From Phoronis australis (Eukaryota > Animalia > Phoronida): a DNA stretch of 64,000 nucleotides. How positions within the stretch are numbered: position 1 is the first letter of the stretch; the number at the start of each line of letters is the position of its first letter. Where the stretch lies: contig NMRA01000155.1 in NCBI GenBank assembly GCA_002633005.1, positions 745,643 to 809,642 of the forward strand, given 5' to 3'. This document shows, in pieces, positions 24,688-38,719 of this stretch. A program made the translations under genes and the position numbers. The notes beneath the pieces are model-generated. The model was not told where the DNA came from and ran no database searches. It saw nothing but the letters and a program-made list of their open reading frames with translations.

Positions 24688-27600
24688 CCGCAAGCATAAG
24701 TCCGTTACTAACTTTGAGACCCACATAAGAGCCATCTAACGAATGGTTCCCACGACGCACTTTCACTGTCCAATTCATTTCTACGGCCATGTAAACAAAG
24801 TGCGTGCGCACCTGTGAAAATAGTATTAAATACTATAATCTAACACTATTACTGAGAACTGCATGGGCTCATGTGATCGGTTTTAGGCGTGTTCACTTTG
24901 TCTCATCTTTACTACGGCAAAAATTCCGTTCAAACAAAGGTGTTCACGGGCAAATTGTGCCTCACAGTCCTCTTCCTTCGTTCATTAAATGCATTTTAGT
25001 AATAATACAGTGTTAAGTGGTAAGTAGCTGCGGAACCAAGTGAGTCATGTATTTTGGCAAGTGTTTCGTGAACCTTCTTCCTAATTAACTATGAAGCAGG
25101 GGTCCCAGCACCCTGCATTAGAGTTGCTTTGGCTCACCATGGCGCTTCCAAGTACTGGCGACACCTTCAGTGTTTTCCTTCCTGCTGTCACTGCCACATC
25201 ACCCCTTTCGTCCTGGCATATTCGTACGCCGTTTACTACGACAGTGAGTCCGTTGACAGTCGGATAAAATCTGCAAGGAAATAACACTGAACACAGAGTC
25301 AAATAACACTACATTCCCTGTTGACAAGCTCCTCGTAAGCCCTGGATTAAAGCCAACCATATCGTATATTATCAATTGTGGATTTTAGAGAATGAGGTAC
25401 GCAATTCAATTATTGTTGGTGCTCGGAAACCTATCCGCCGATTTTGTTGTGGATTCGTCATAATAGATTGGGTGCAATAGTTCGACCACAAGGTGCCGCA
25501 ACTGCACATACTGTTACAGTCTTCAAATTGTGACTTTTTGTGCAAACCTCCAAGGCACAAACGATTTGCGACTTTCGGAAGTAGCTCAAACTGTCGTGCA
25601 GTTTGTGAAGTGCTTCTGACCAAAGCACACCTTGCTTCAGTATACACAAACACAACGAATTGGTGCAGTGACGGAATACGTGTCCGGAATGCAGCTTGGG
25701 ATGGGTGGTTTTCAGCTGCTCGCCCCATGAAAATGGACTGTGATAGGGGCAGTGGCTATAATAGACATTCATACGGTGTCGACGATGAACAGAACAACTG
25801 CAACGATAGACGTTGGTACTCCATTTTTAAACAACGTAAAGATGTGCCTTTGGACGGTTGTTTCCCAAACTACGACGTTTTTGTTTGGCGAAGGTCTGTA
25901 CAAACAGTCGTAATTTGAGGGCTATGACAGATTTGTGCAACTCCAAAACCTCAACTTGTTTCAACAAAAATTACGACAAATGTGTTTAACATTTAAAGGC
26001 GTGCCTGGACAAACGCTCATAATTCAAAGTCGAATTATTGACGCAAAATTGAACAAACAACGTCACCGGTCACAGTCCGACTCTGCTCGCAGATCTAAGC
26101 CCGGCCCACTTGATAAATGGCAAAGTATTTAACCTTAATTAACAAGTAGTGTTTTCGGCCTTGATTTCAGCAAGTGGTTGCATGCAGACAACCGCGAGAG
26201 TTGGCGAGATTTTAATCACAAATGACAACGGATTTGGTTTATAGCTCTCGTTGAAGCTAATAACCTCAAGAAGTATATAATGGTGTTGTAATCGACCGGT
26301 GGTCCTGACAGATCACTGGACTAGAGAGTCTGCACGGGCAGCAAGAAGTCTTGGGTTCGAACCCCGGTCGGGGCCGAGAACGTTTCAGACTTAACCATAT
26401 GTTGCGTGATATATCACCAACATGTGGCCTGTATGAAGACTTACAATTATTGCTTAACTACATGAAGTCTTTCCTTCCAACAATAATCCAAAAAACCTCG
26501 AAACCATGTGTATTGCACTCGTTCATTCGAGTGCAACGAAGTCACCACTGTTCAATCCACGAGTGACTCCAGAAGTCGGTGACAAAGCACACTCGTATAA
26601 TATTTATCAGATCTGAAAGTGTCGGTGCAAGTGGTGTGACAACCAAAACTCTCGAAGCAAAAATATATCCGTTAATACTTACATTTGTTAAGTCGCGTTC
26701 GGAGGTGCTATTATTAAAATCTCTTGGTCTATTTACACCGACCTCTTGTCTACTCACACTCACGACGTTTCGGTCAGTCTATTCTCCGGCGTGTTCCCGC
26801 GTTCTTAGAAGAACGAGCACGGATATGTGGTACACTCATGGTGTGAGTTTTTTTATCCGAGGCAGGAATTGAATCCACAACTTCTGAAACTACAGATAAT
26901 TCGAGTGGATGACTCCGTGGTGTAGTGCTGGACTCGAATTATCTGTAGTTTCAGAAGTCGTGAGTTCAAATCCTGCCTCGGACAAAAAATCACACCATGA
27001 ATGTACCACATATCCGTGCTCGTTCTTATAAGAACGCGGAAACACCTGACGATGGCCGAAGAATAGACTGACCGAAACGTCGTGACAGTGTAAATAGACA
27101 AGAGGTAGGTGTAAATAGACCAAGCGATTTTAATTATAGTAACACACCACCACCTCAGAGCGGTTTTAGAAAGTCGTTCGGAGGTGCCACCCTCCTCCCA
27201 AGTCTCAAATCCTCGCTTTAAGAAATCGGTGTTTAGGTACATTTCGATGCCGTTTGATTGATTTCTGGCAAAACATTACCATATGCCCCCAAACAGATCT
27301 AGATAGACTCATACCCGTATGCTGACTGCAAATTATCTAGGTAAATGCTTCTACTCTATTGTGTGAACGAAGCCCAATAAGTTTACCTGGAGGTTTGCAC
27401 CATCTGTTCGCAGTTAGGTACTACATGCTCGCCGTATCCTTGCGAAGAGTACAGAAGACTGACGGACCGATCTGCCGTCATATCCGAGAAGCGATTGGGT
27501 GGAACGGGCGTCACTTCCCTCCCTCTGATGCAATAGCAAAGAGAACCTGCGTCACAGATAGTGTACATGGATGTAGGGTGCATATTCCAATCGAACAATA

Positions 27601-28455
27601 TCCGTGTTGACGTGGGCTTTGAAGGCGAAGACGAAGAAGAAAATATGACGGACAAAATAACCAAGCAAACAGACACGCCAGTTCATGGCAAAGACAACAA
27701 TTTTGAAAGAGGTAAACTAAATTTTTCTAGTAAAAAACAAAGACGCTGTCAGTGACAGTCTGAGTGAATCAGGTGTGTAAGCCTCACCGGAAGCAACGTG
27801 GCAGCTGTCGGTTGTCATCAGCGCTTTTCGTTGGCCATACAAATCCACTTCCACCAATGTGTTTTCTTGCCAAAGTTTAGCAGCTGAAAGAAATTTGTTC
27901 CTCTTCATATGTAAATGCAATTTGAAGAGATCATGGGATTCAGAAACAAAGCTATTTCACTTGCGTTTTATAATATTTCCAAACTGTCGGGAATTTAGAG
28001 GCAGTAAAATTGATGATCCGTGACAATTTCTGGATCTTAGTGACACCTGTTTAGTATTGTACCCGTAGCACCGTTCGTTGAATGCAGCGCCTATTGGTAA
28101 GCTCCTACATATAGTAGTGACTGTAGACTATTGCTATCTTTTCTTGCTCGTGCTTCTTCGTAAATATGATGACGTAAGGTATCTCAGTAACGAAGGCTAA
28201 CCCTCCCAATAACACACTCTCTCAGTCTTATGAGCGATAACTCTGTGAAAGGATTATAGGTAACTTGACCTCTCAATGATTGGCAGCACGAACATTAGGA
28301 CATTACGATTTGTTGGAAAAAACATTAGGACATTCTGATTGGTATACATGCATCAGTATAGTGCACCATCTATTTGTTGGAAAAAACATTAGGACATTCT
28401 GATTGGTATACATGCATCAGTATAGTGCACCATCTATCGACAAATGCCTAGGAGA

Positions 28456-28521
<66 letters not shown>

Positions 28522-31500
28522 GCTGCCGCTGCCGCTCTTGCTGCTGCGGCAACGGTAAGAACAAACTAAACCCATGCTTTCCATACAAGTTTGTGCCTGT
28601 GCCACACTCAACTTTGGATAAAAGATGTCAAATAAAACAACAAAACGGCTTATTACCGGACCATATACTCGGGATAAACATTCAAATCGTGGCGTGCACA
28701 CTGATCTCCACAGACATGGATTTCTGCGTGTCGATTGTCCGCCTTTCACTCTGCCAATCTCCTCCGGAGGTGGCGATGAGTTAGACAGTATTCCAAAAAG
28801 AAAACACGACGATCACGTCAACAACATAATTGTTTGTCACTGTTAAGACCGTGTAAGATAGTTCGATAAAGGCAGCGCCACCATGGGGTAACTCTTCGCG
28901 CATAGTGCTCTGCTGATAGTTCTCATTAACCTTTTGCAGACTGTACGTTTGTCTTCGAGGTACACTACTTACAGGCCACATTCGAATAATCGACTCTGTA
29001 CAATACAGTAAAAACTGACGATATGGTGTTTATGTACATGTATTATCTATAGCCTTTTGAAAACGCAAAACAAGCAAGCTAGTCAATTCAGCACGTTTCC
29101 AAATACAGTGTAAGTAGTCGATACAGTAAGAGAACTGACATTCAGTTTTCACGAAGCCGACTTTGTGCTTGGCACCCGGGGCGCGGCTACCATTAGTCAC
29201 AACGAGGCACGTGTAAAATGTTTTCATTGGTCGAAGCATTGGTTTTGTTTTCAGTAGGAAACGCAACAAATGGAAGTAAGTAGATGTTAGCAAGTAAATA
29301 AAGGCTACCTATATGGTAAATGCAGCTCGAGTTTCCACGCGCGTTGGTCGATGCGACAGCTTTGTGGCGATGGTTGACAACTCGTATCGTCTTGTCTAAC
29401 GTCATTTCCACCGATATGTCGTACTTCATGATCACCGTCAGTAGTCCATTTGGCGAAACGTAAATGTAGGGATGGCTTTGCGGAAAAGACATGACGTATC
29501 CCATCGACGGCTGTGGCATGGGTGCCAGAATTCTGGGAGAGTTTGCCGTCAACAGGCCGTGCGAACCTTGAGCTAAAAGAGCATGCTGTTGGCTGGTCAA
29601 TTGATTGGGGAGTTGAGTCCAGCTGGACACTTCAGTAGCACCATTCTGAGAATATGAGCCTTGGGGTGGTTGCGGCACAAACATGTTGAACCGACGATTG
29701 ACCACGCGGTCAAAATTGCTAAGCCCAGAAAATTTTGTCTGTGTGTCGAAGAAGGGAGAGCTTGGTGTTGGACTTGAAAACATCCCTGCGTAGTCTGTGG
29801 GTGTGGCTAGCGAGAACGGAGAGGGCACTCCTGGCGGAATGAAAGAGTAACCGTTCAGAGGAGGCACCGGGCCACCGATAACGTAAGGTCCTGCTGGGAA
29901 CGGGGTACAAGAAGTCTCCAGAGACCTTTGGGATTGTTGCTTGCTAAAAGTTGGCCACTCAGGTACAAGCTGATCCTTTGGACTGTCGTCAGGTCTCCTG
30001 TTGTTCATGAATCCGAAGATACTCGACATTGGTGTAGGAAATAGTTCCGAAAACGGTAGCGGCTCGAAAGACACCGCCTCCCATTCCTCATTAATCTCAG
30101 TCTCCACCTTCTGCGCACTTTTGTCGTCGTCAGATCGAGGCTCTGTCATAATTATTTGGCCTTCAGTTTGCGTGTTCGCTGTTCGTGAGGTTGAAGAGTC
30201 ATCCTGACGAAGGTCTAACTGTATCCTCTTTTCAAATTCAAAAGATTGACCTGAATTCTGTTTGGTATCTGTGTCAGCGGTTAGTTCGCGAGATTGAAAT
30301 GGCTTACTGTGAACTATTCTTGGTTGTTGGAATAACACAAAATCACCGGGCTGAGTATCATCAGACCAGTCTCGAACTCGACGCGGGTTACTCTGTGGTG
30401 ATGCCTCTGTCTCCTTGCACGTACCCATGTATCTTAAAGCAAAAACACCGTCGTTGGTACTTCCTACTCTGTCTGACAACTCAGTTTTATCACTGATGCT
30501 TTCAAAAATATGTAATGTCATTTTTCGTTAGACCAATTAGACAAAGTCCAATCTACTCCACACACTGACGCAGTGAAATGGCCTATGCATTTCAAAAACG
30601 GTCCTTTTATTCATAGCTACGCTTATAATGTTAAAGCGTCATTAAACCTGTGCTTCAGTCACCGTTATACAATTGGTATTGTTTTTTCCGTACTCAGTCT
30701 GGAAGTTATCTTTGGGTCACGTAATATGAATCTTGTTAGCTTGGTCTGAAGAAATAATGAATTGCTAGTCCTGAAATCACCTCCAATAAGGAGCATGTGG
30801 AGACCAACTTTAAGGCGGTGAGCCTAAATCAAACTTTTTTTACATAAGGCACGAGTTCAATGCCGCTTTAAAGTCCCACCTGCGTCGTCATTGAAAACCA
30901 CTGTAAAGTCTGGTTCATGTTTCGAGTGGAAACACTTATTTTTATTTTTAATGGGGCGGTACGTCAGCTTTTTTAAAATTCCACATGACGAAATCATGGA
31001 CTAACTGTAATGGAATCATTTATAGCTTAAACGGGGAGATTTCACATATCAAAGTGAACAATTCCAGTTGCAAATCTTGATGTCGTTTACGTGAGCATGT
31101 AAAACAGAAGATTACGATTATTTTCAGCACTGCATGAAGAATCCTAAACATTTGCGCAAGGCCCATGGTTTTATGATCTTCAACTGTCCATTAGGCAAAA
31201 ACTTAAGTTTTAGGTCCATAAGTAGATTGGGGAAAACACAACCAAACGTAAAAAAAAGCCTGCCAAACGTATTGAGTACTCTGCGAACATTTCTGCCTTC
31301 GAAAACTGCGGTTTTCTCCACTCGCTGCGTCATAGACACTCCTGTGGGGTTTGGCTCTTACCTACATGCTGTGTCACTGATAGCTCTTCTGTCCAAGTCG
31401 AGGTCAAGCTGTTCTCGTGGTTCCACGAGAGATTTTGTTTCCGGCAAGTAGACGAGATCCATGCAGTTGACGCTGCCACCAGATGTCTCTGAGCCCGTTG

Positions 31501-31582
31501 ACGGGTGTTCGGTGTCTGAACTCGGGGCCTTGATGTCCACCTCGGCTGGTACTCTAATACATGCAAAAGCGTCCTGGTTCAT
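24688..31582 (-). CDS. Uncharacterised multi-exon protein with low-complexity S/P/Q-rich N-terminus and beta-strand-rich C-terminal domain; exons ~31582-31362, 30498(or 30492)-29309, 27883-27788, 27546-27387, 25270-25138, 24811-24688; true start and last exon uncertain
   Basis: GT-AG junctions with matching phases (2,1,1,2,0). They join to ...HPYIYVSPNGLLTVIMKYDISVEMTLDKTIRVVN..SSCIYHIAAKLWQENTLVEVD..GSLCYCI..FSDMTADRSVSLLYSSQGYG..RFYPTVNGLTVVVNGVRICQDERGDVAV..LKVSPVLGSAMVRTHFVYMAVE..VKVRRGNHSL. Further candidate donors lie near 31709 and 31839. Confidence 0.82.
26297..26378 (+). mobile_element. tRNA-derived SINE head fragment
   Basis: B-box gggttcgaaccccggtc with a degenerate 5' half; no valid cloverleaf. 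Confidence 0.45.
26696..27162. repeat. Head-to-head inverted pair of a tRNA-headed repeat carrying a hammerhead-like motif
   Basis: 26696-26906 is the imperfect reverse complement of 26932-27162, with a 25-nt spacer. The right copy has a tRNA-like head and CTGACGA...GAAAC. Confidence 0.8.
28458..28547. repeat. (CTG/CAG)n microsatellite, preceded by a ~65-bp tandem duplication (about 28310-28437)
   Basis: Pure run to 28520, then interrupted units; intronic. Confidence 0.95.
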
Positions 31583-34500
31583 GGTTGTACAGTCGGTTAT
31601 GGAAGGGTGAGCCGGCTGTCTCGGAATAGAGCAAGTAGTGTCGATAATAGTGGCCAAGACAATTATGAATGTATGTCAATAGCCTGCAAATTTTGAGCCT
31701 ACTTCTTACCTCTTGCTATGTGTTTGGCGGCCGGGGACCGCCAGATCCTCGTTTTGTGACTTTTGTCCTGCGTCCCGTCACAGTATCGGGACGAAATTAT
31801 CGTATACTCGTGCACTTAGTTCGTTGCCATACAACTTACCCTTATTTCTTTGTTCAACTTCGCACGTATACGACTAAAAACGCGTTCAATGTGCCACGGT
31901 GTAGCGGTGGTCAGTACCCATACTGAGCATGGCCTAGATCCAGGTACTTTTGTTCCGTTTTTCACTTTGAAGTGTTCGCAATTTTGTAATATTATGTTTG
32001 CTAACTGACTTTTGGTTCGTGTCGCCATATGAAAGTGGAGAAGTATGGGTTTCGTCATGAAAACAGAGCCCGTGATGATTTTAACTAGCAGTTTTAATTG
32101 TTTCTTTTCCCTTGTACACCGAGAGTTTAGCCAACACAGTCAGGTATGACGTTGAACAGTTGACGGTCCATCGGTATTCGAAAATGAAAATAACGAAAGA
32201 AATTACCGGTGTTGTTAGAGTTTGATTGGCACTCTATAAGCCCACTTACTGAGCTATTGCCAAAATTATTCACAATTCAAAGAATTCTACTAGAGAAAGA
32301 TCTTGAACGACCTTTCAGTACCGAAATGTTTTCATTCATGGCTGACACACTGTAGGCAGTGAAAAGGTACCAGAATTTTCCGTCCAACAACACTAACCGG
32401 AAGCTGCGATTAATACACGAAGTAAGTGGCCGCACGCACTTCCGCTGGGGAATCGCACTTAGAAGATATCAATTCCGTTGCCGTCTTGTACTCACATATA
32501 GACCTTATGACGGTATATTAAAAGAAGTTGTGACCCGAATGGCAGCCAATGTACCAAAAGTTAGTTTACGAGTTCACCACTGGACGAAAAATGTGGCACA
32601 GTAAAAAGCGAACAGTGAAATGTCGAATGTCCAAGCGAAAAAGTACTTTTGAAGGCTTTCATTTTCGTGCTGTTATATCTACCGTATGATAGAAGATAAA
32701 TTACTTCATGTGATCTTATAGACAAGTAGAAGTCAATTCCGCGCAATGCTAGTGTAATATACACGGCACTAGATCCTATGATTTCAACCTACTCTGACAC
32801 TACCAAACTTGATTTGGTTTACTGATCAGTCAGGGAATGTGTCGTAAAACATTAAGAAAACTGTAACCGAGGTTTCTGTCGGTGCATTCAACTTTCGTTT
32901 TTCATATCATATGTTCTACTGACGCTTATAATGATTTTAACGATCAATATAGTTTCGAATACGTACTTGAAATGTTGCCACGCATGATTGTCGCTGATCT
33001 CCATATCTGTCAAACTGGTTAAACGATTGTTTTTTTTTCTTTCTTGATCATTCCTCACAACACCATGTCTCGCGATGTCATGATCCCGTGTCTGCAATTG
33101 GTAATCTCGAAATATCTGTTCATGTGTTTTTTGCTTAAATTTGGTTGTCAAAACGTCTGCAGACCTGTCAGTGCATTACATTTGCTACAGTCGACAAACT
33201 TGGTATCAGTTTTTGCTGAGAAAGTTTGACTGAACTACGTGTTAATATCGTTACAGTCACATGGTGTGGAGTTTGCAGATAAAACTCCAGTACTAAAGAC
33301 TCATGTTCTAGTAGTTTGTGCATACAGTGCTGATCGAATCCAATGTCCTATCGAACGAACTTCAGCCTCAGTCAGGCCTCGGGTGACCTTCAACCGGAGT
33401 GAGGTCAGGCTTCGCCCGGACGCGTTCTGAACTCGGTTGGGTTGTGACTCACCCTAAGACTGGCCTAGGTTGGACTCGGTTGGACTGCGGTTATTGAGTC
33501 ATTAAATGTCCGGGGGGTTACCCCTGCATATGCTACCACTGACCGCTGAACCTGCACTCATGGCTTGATTTCCTCGCAGGTTTTTGTCANAATTATCGCT
33601 CTGTATTTTATTGTTTTGGCCTTACAAAACTTGATCGACCCTGGGACATTTTGATACATTGTTCAAGCTACCCCTGGAGCGCTTGTTTGAGTAAATCTGA
33701 ACGATAAATATTTTCGAAAATATATCCCAAAAACGCACAATAAGGTGAATTAGTGAAATATGCTGTTTTTAAGATACGTTTGAAAAAAGAAGCCACTCAC
33801 TCATTGTTTGTTATCATATTGTGAATACGAACACGTCCGGGTATTCGGTTGACGTTCGTAAGCAGACGAACACTGGAAACTTCAACGCCAGATGTCGCAG
33901 GACCGCGCAGAAGAGGAAATAAGATCGTTCACGACTTTAGGGCACTCACGACTTTAGGACCCATGACGGTAAGTCGAATTCACATGTACCCGTGCGAATG
34001 TTTCGCTTGGGAAACTGCCCACGTATATGTTTCATTTGTAACACAAGGCGATACCTTGCGAATTGTTGCGGGATCTTGCATTTGGCGTGATTCTCACGTC
34101 CATGGAACGCACGCTTAGTTTGTTATGGTGGGTTCTGCCTCCTGTCTATGTCATCACAAGCTGATATCGTGAGGTTAGTTTTTAGAATTACATGCATTTG
34201 TCATTGACATTGACTTTTACATCTTCTAATGAAAATGTGAGGTCCAGATACCCGCGACACTATTATGCACAACCCCAATTCAGAGGCGTTTGGACTTCAA
34301 ATCTCAGTGATAACTATTCAATCCATACTGTGTTCACATGTTCGAACAGAGTTAATTGAGGGTTGCGAGCAGGGCCATAAAATGCAATAAACAACACTGC
34401 TTTTTGAAAACTATACACTTTTATGAATTAATGATTCAAAATGTAACCTAAATATGTGTTCGAATCATTAATATCGGTTCCTTATATCTAGGTTTACGCA

Positions 34501-36949
34501 CGTCAAAATTTCTCACGTTTCTTTAATTGTGTCAGAGGGCAAAGGGCGCGCATGAATATATATTGTAGATTTTAATAGAAGGAGGTAGTGCTGAAGAAAC
34601 TTTCCCATCTTCGTGTGTAAAAGACACAGTCTGGTACATAGACATTGCCAAGAAACTGTTTTTTTGTAGAATCAAAAGACTATCTTTTATGAACTTGATG
34701 ACATTTTAGTGTCTTTTAGTTTTTTAATCCAGTTTGACTTCATTTATTTTGTGGTGCACTATCAAAAATTCGAAAGATGTGTTTAGGGTCAATGCCAATA
34801 TACTGTTAAAATTGGTTTGTGTTAAATTTCATTTTATTAGGCTTAAAATCACAAAAAACTAAAAGGGTGCCTTGCAGTTATCAAAACGGGAAAACCATTA
34901 GACAGTCCAAACATTTCAAAGTTCATTTCTTGAATTCAAAGTGTTGCAATAACTATACTTCTCGTGAATAAACCATGCAAATACAAATATAATAGCAGTT
35001 TTAATGTATTATGAGCTTGCTACTTGGGTAATTGAACACAAAATTAGAAGATACACTCCCAGAACAGTGACAGTAATGGGAAAAATTCAGCTACTCTTAT
35101 TAATTTGAGGCTCCACATTGAGAGGTCGTTGTTTTCATACCGTTTGACAGGGTTAGATAAATACAGTTTTGTGTGTCGTAGGAAACTCATCCATCGTCTT
35201 TACATTCATGTGACATGCTGCGTTGTCCCCGAACTATTTGCCGGAATGCACCTAAGTTAAATGAGAAGTCGACATTCTAGGTGGCGCCCATGAGGAATGG
35301 GTCTGTTATGACATGAATCACACTCGACAAGAGAATTATTGTGAGGAGGTGACCAATCTGAGCCCTTGTATTTTGGGAGGGCAAACCTTCGTTGCTACGT
35401 TGCTCAACATTCCGCTATCAGTACTGTTGGATGTAAACCCGCACTTTCCAAGAAATGGTGCAAGATACGAGCATGCATATACCATGAGCTCGGCTACTTA
35501 GTTTGTCTATTCTGCTTATATACTGGCTACTTTAGCCACGAAACTAACTATGTAACCTAGTAGGTGATTTAGTAGAAGGTTTACACCTTTTTGCTCTGAA
35601 CATAAAGGCGCCACAAGGGGACCGTGGCCCCATCTGCTCAATTATCCAGCCCGCGCCTGAACTTGCATGTGGGGTAACTTGAATATTCTTCAACATCTAT
35701 AGTACATGTATCACTCAGAGTGCCAGAGTGACCGCGCGCGAGCGATTTGAGCGCCCTCGTCCTGAACAGCTGTGTTTACGTTAGCGCTCTCCAGCGTACG
35801 CAAACAACCTCGAGAGCAAGTACGCTTAGATTTCCAAGATGGCGTCTTGCGAAAGCTTCACGTCTGCAACATATGAACCCATTATGGTTCTGCAACACGA
35901 AAACTAACCTCAAAAGTTGACCGACTCATCCGAAAGTGTGACTTAAATTGCGGGTCGCTGTAGCGAGGAACAGTTTCCTCGAAGTAATTTTCGATTCTTG
36001 TCGTTCCAAGGCCTTCACGGTTGTTGTCTTGGGCTGCCGATATTAATATTGGCAAAGATACGATTCTGTCATTTACGCAAACTCCATTCCGGCGAAGTTG
36101 ACTGCGTACGACCCGATCAGATTACCAGTACGTGAAGCCCTTGAAGCAAATTTAAAATTATTATTACTGAGACTTAGTTATCATTGTAGTGACTGGTACC
36201 AGTAGCTGCAAAGATGTTGTTGTTGTCCATCTATAGCCTATCTTTAACGGATAGTCTGGGACTGGACCTTTTCGTCCGGGGGGACTATAACGTTATGTTG
36301 CTGTCAGCAGTGTGTTTCTAACAATTCGTTTTTGCTGAAGACTGAGTAGACCGTCAGCTCAGGGCGCTTAGCATTGAACGAGATACCACTGAACCTGTGA
36401 CCACCGGGGCCCTTAAAGTGCACACCAGTACTACAGAAATGAGTGTCTGCAGGAGTCTTCACTTTGGACCGATGTGGCCTCTGGGACACCATCCGAAGGG
36501 GGCATGACTGAGCTCGGTTAGATACTCGAGGTACTGGCTAAAACAGATTTGTAATGAACAATCGTGCCAAACTATGTTTGTTAATCGCTTGCTTCCTTCA
36601 TCACTTTCAATAACTACATAATTGTCTTTGTGGTTCAATGTCAAGTAAGAAAGATGTGTATTGCTAATTGCAGTTCAGATTTAATGGTTTTAATTTTTGA
36701 TATTTTTCTATAATGTGTCTTTGTTATTAGAAACAATACGTCATTGTTGCATTTTACGAAACTACAAAAGGAAAAAACCCGGTTTCTGACAGGACTACAA
36801 ACAGTATTATTTTCTGATTTTCGTAGAAATAGTCACATATAGCCCAGGAACTGAACCGTGAAAACGAAGAATCGAGGATAAAAATAGAATTCAACTGAAC
36901 CAAACAAAATTGGTGTTCAATACTGTGGAACAATTGCTCATTTTAACCG

Positions 36950-38132
36950 ATTTTAAATCAGGTTTTAGTGTCCAGTACTTCGACTGTTTAACGAAGCTCA
37001 GTTTTTGCCCCCCCCCCCTGACAATCACTTCTGGAAAGATTTTTTTGAATGTGTAATCTCCTTTGGAAATTGTTTGAAGATCAAACATCAGATAGATTTT
37101 CTTAACCAACCTTTATGGTTTAGCAAAGATCTGCAGGCAGGAGGAAAATGTATTTTCTACAGGAACTGGTGCAATAGAGGCATACTCTTTATAAAGGACT
37201 TGTTTTCCCCAGACGGTAATATTTTGAACTATAGATTTATTGTGGATATTTAGGTATCAAAACGAACTTTATGGAGTACATGTATAATAATCCAATTTCA
37301 GTGATATCTAGGTCCCAACAGAAATGTGGTATTGATAGAGTTCTTAGTTTTGATGCGTATTGTCCTTTTATGCCAACGATTTTAATGAAACAGAAAAGTG
37401 GTGGGAGAGGGTGTCAACATATCTGTACACAATTAAATTAAAGTTCCGAAGTCTCAAAAGCGGAGTCAAAATGGGTCAACGAACTGAACGTAAATACAAC
37501 TAATTTTTCGTGGGAAGATGTTTATTCCCTTCCATGTAACACAACAAGAGACCCAAGAATTAGGTGGCTTCAGTTCAGACTCTTGACGAGAATTTTGACT
37601 ACTCTTTTTTAAAAATAATCCAAGTTACGGATGACGACTCTTGTTCCTTTTGTGGACAATCGAAAGAGACTTTGAAACACTTATTTTGGGAATGTGAAAC
37701 AGTAAATTCATTTTGGACAAGAGTTAATAATTAAATTCTAAACAAAGCAAATCCCCAGTGTGTCGGCACTCTTTCCTGCAACAACGTTATTTTGGGGTTT
37801 TTTGATAAAAACAAAATTTTAAAAACATTGTTTTATTATTGGGTAAACAGATTATTTAAATCCAAAAGTTTGGATCAAAAAGATTACTTCTAAGTATTTT
37901 TTTTAACTTCATCAAAGAATATTATACGAGTGAAAAGTATAATGTTCGTAAGGATTTGAATTTAGAATTCATACAAACAAGATGGTGTAACTTTGAAACA
38001 GTTTTTCTTAGCAGTCAAGAGGATTAGTTATGGGTATGCGTGTGTGTGTGTGTGTGCGTGTCTCTGGTGTTCTTTGTCTTTTTGTGATATTGTAATGTTT
38101 TTCTCATTACCAATAAATATATATTTAAAAAA
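36950..38132 (+). mobile_element. 5'-truncated, decayed L1/Tx1-clade LINE (ORF2 C-terminus + 3'UTR)
   Basis: NHFWKD..NQPLWF..WCNRGILFIKDL; IRWLQFRLLTRILTT; CSFCGQSKETLKHLFWECETVNSFW (CCHC zf-RVT); then (TG)n, AATAAA near 38112 and a short A tail. Stops and frameshifts are present. Confidence 0.88.
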
Positions 38133-38719
38133 GAGATGTACATAATTCGTGATAAATACGTTTTCACTATGACACTACTGTTCTCTATCGGGTTTTGATA
38201 ATAACGAAATTATAATACGCAATTAGTGGACTAAAACAAAATTTCTTTGAAATACACTGAAATTCAAATAAACACCTCAACAAAAGTTTGGAAATTTTTG
38301 TTCACTCTCCCGTGTTTTTATTACTTTTGGTTTAATTAAATCACATTGCATACCAATGGAAAGCCCAGTCATTCTCCTTTGCAACGATACCACATTTTGT
38401 CAATACGTGTACCCGCTTTCCTCGCAGCTTCATGGCTCACACAAGAGGGAACGACACACCACCCCATAACGGCACTCACTGTGAAGAAGAATCACTGACG
38501 TCGCTGCGTCTTTTCTCACCTACCTCACGCGTTAATGCTACACCTCTCGGCGAGGTAAGATCGACCGCATGCGAGGTGACGTGGATATAGTTCGATTAAG
38601 ACGGTAAAAAGACTAATCAAATCGGGTGGCATTCTCCGGAGGCTGCTGATGTTATTGTTCTCTAGATAATGAGGCCCAGCATAAACAGATTAGGGGCTAC
38701 AATAGTATTTTTATATTTT

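Noticed and set aside
26911-26983. tRNA gene (GTA anticodon-like); likewise 24185-24255 and 26297-26378
   Set aside because: The stems do not pair into a cloverleaf and each is attached to a repeat body, so they are SINE-type heads.
28417-28749. Poly-Ser ORF
   Set aside because: Translation of an intronic CTG microsatellite.
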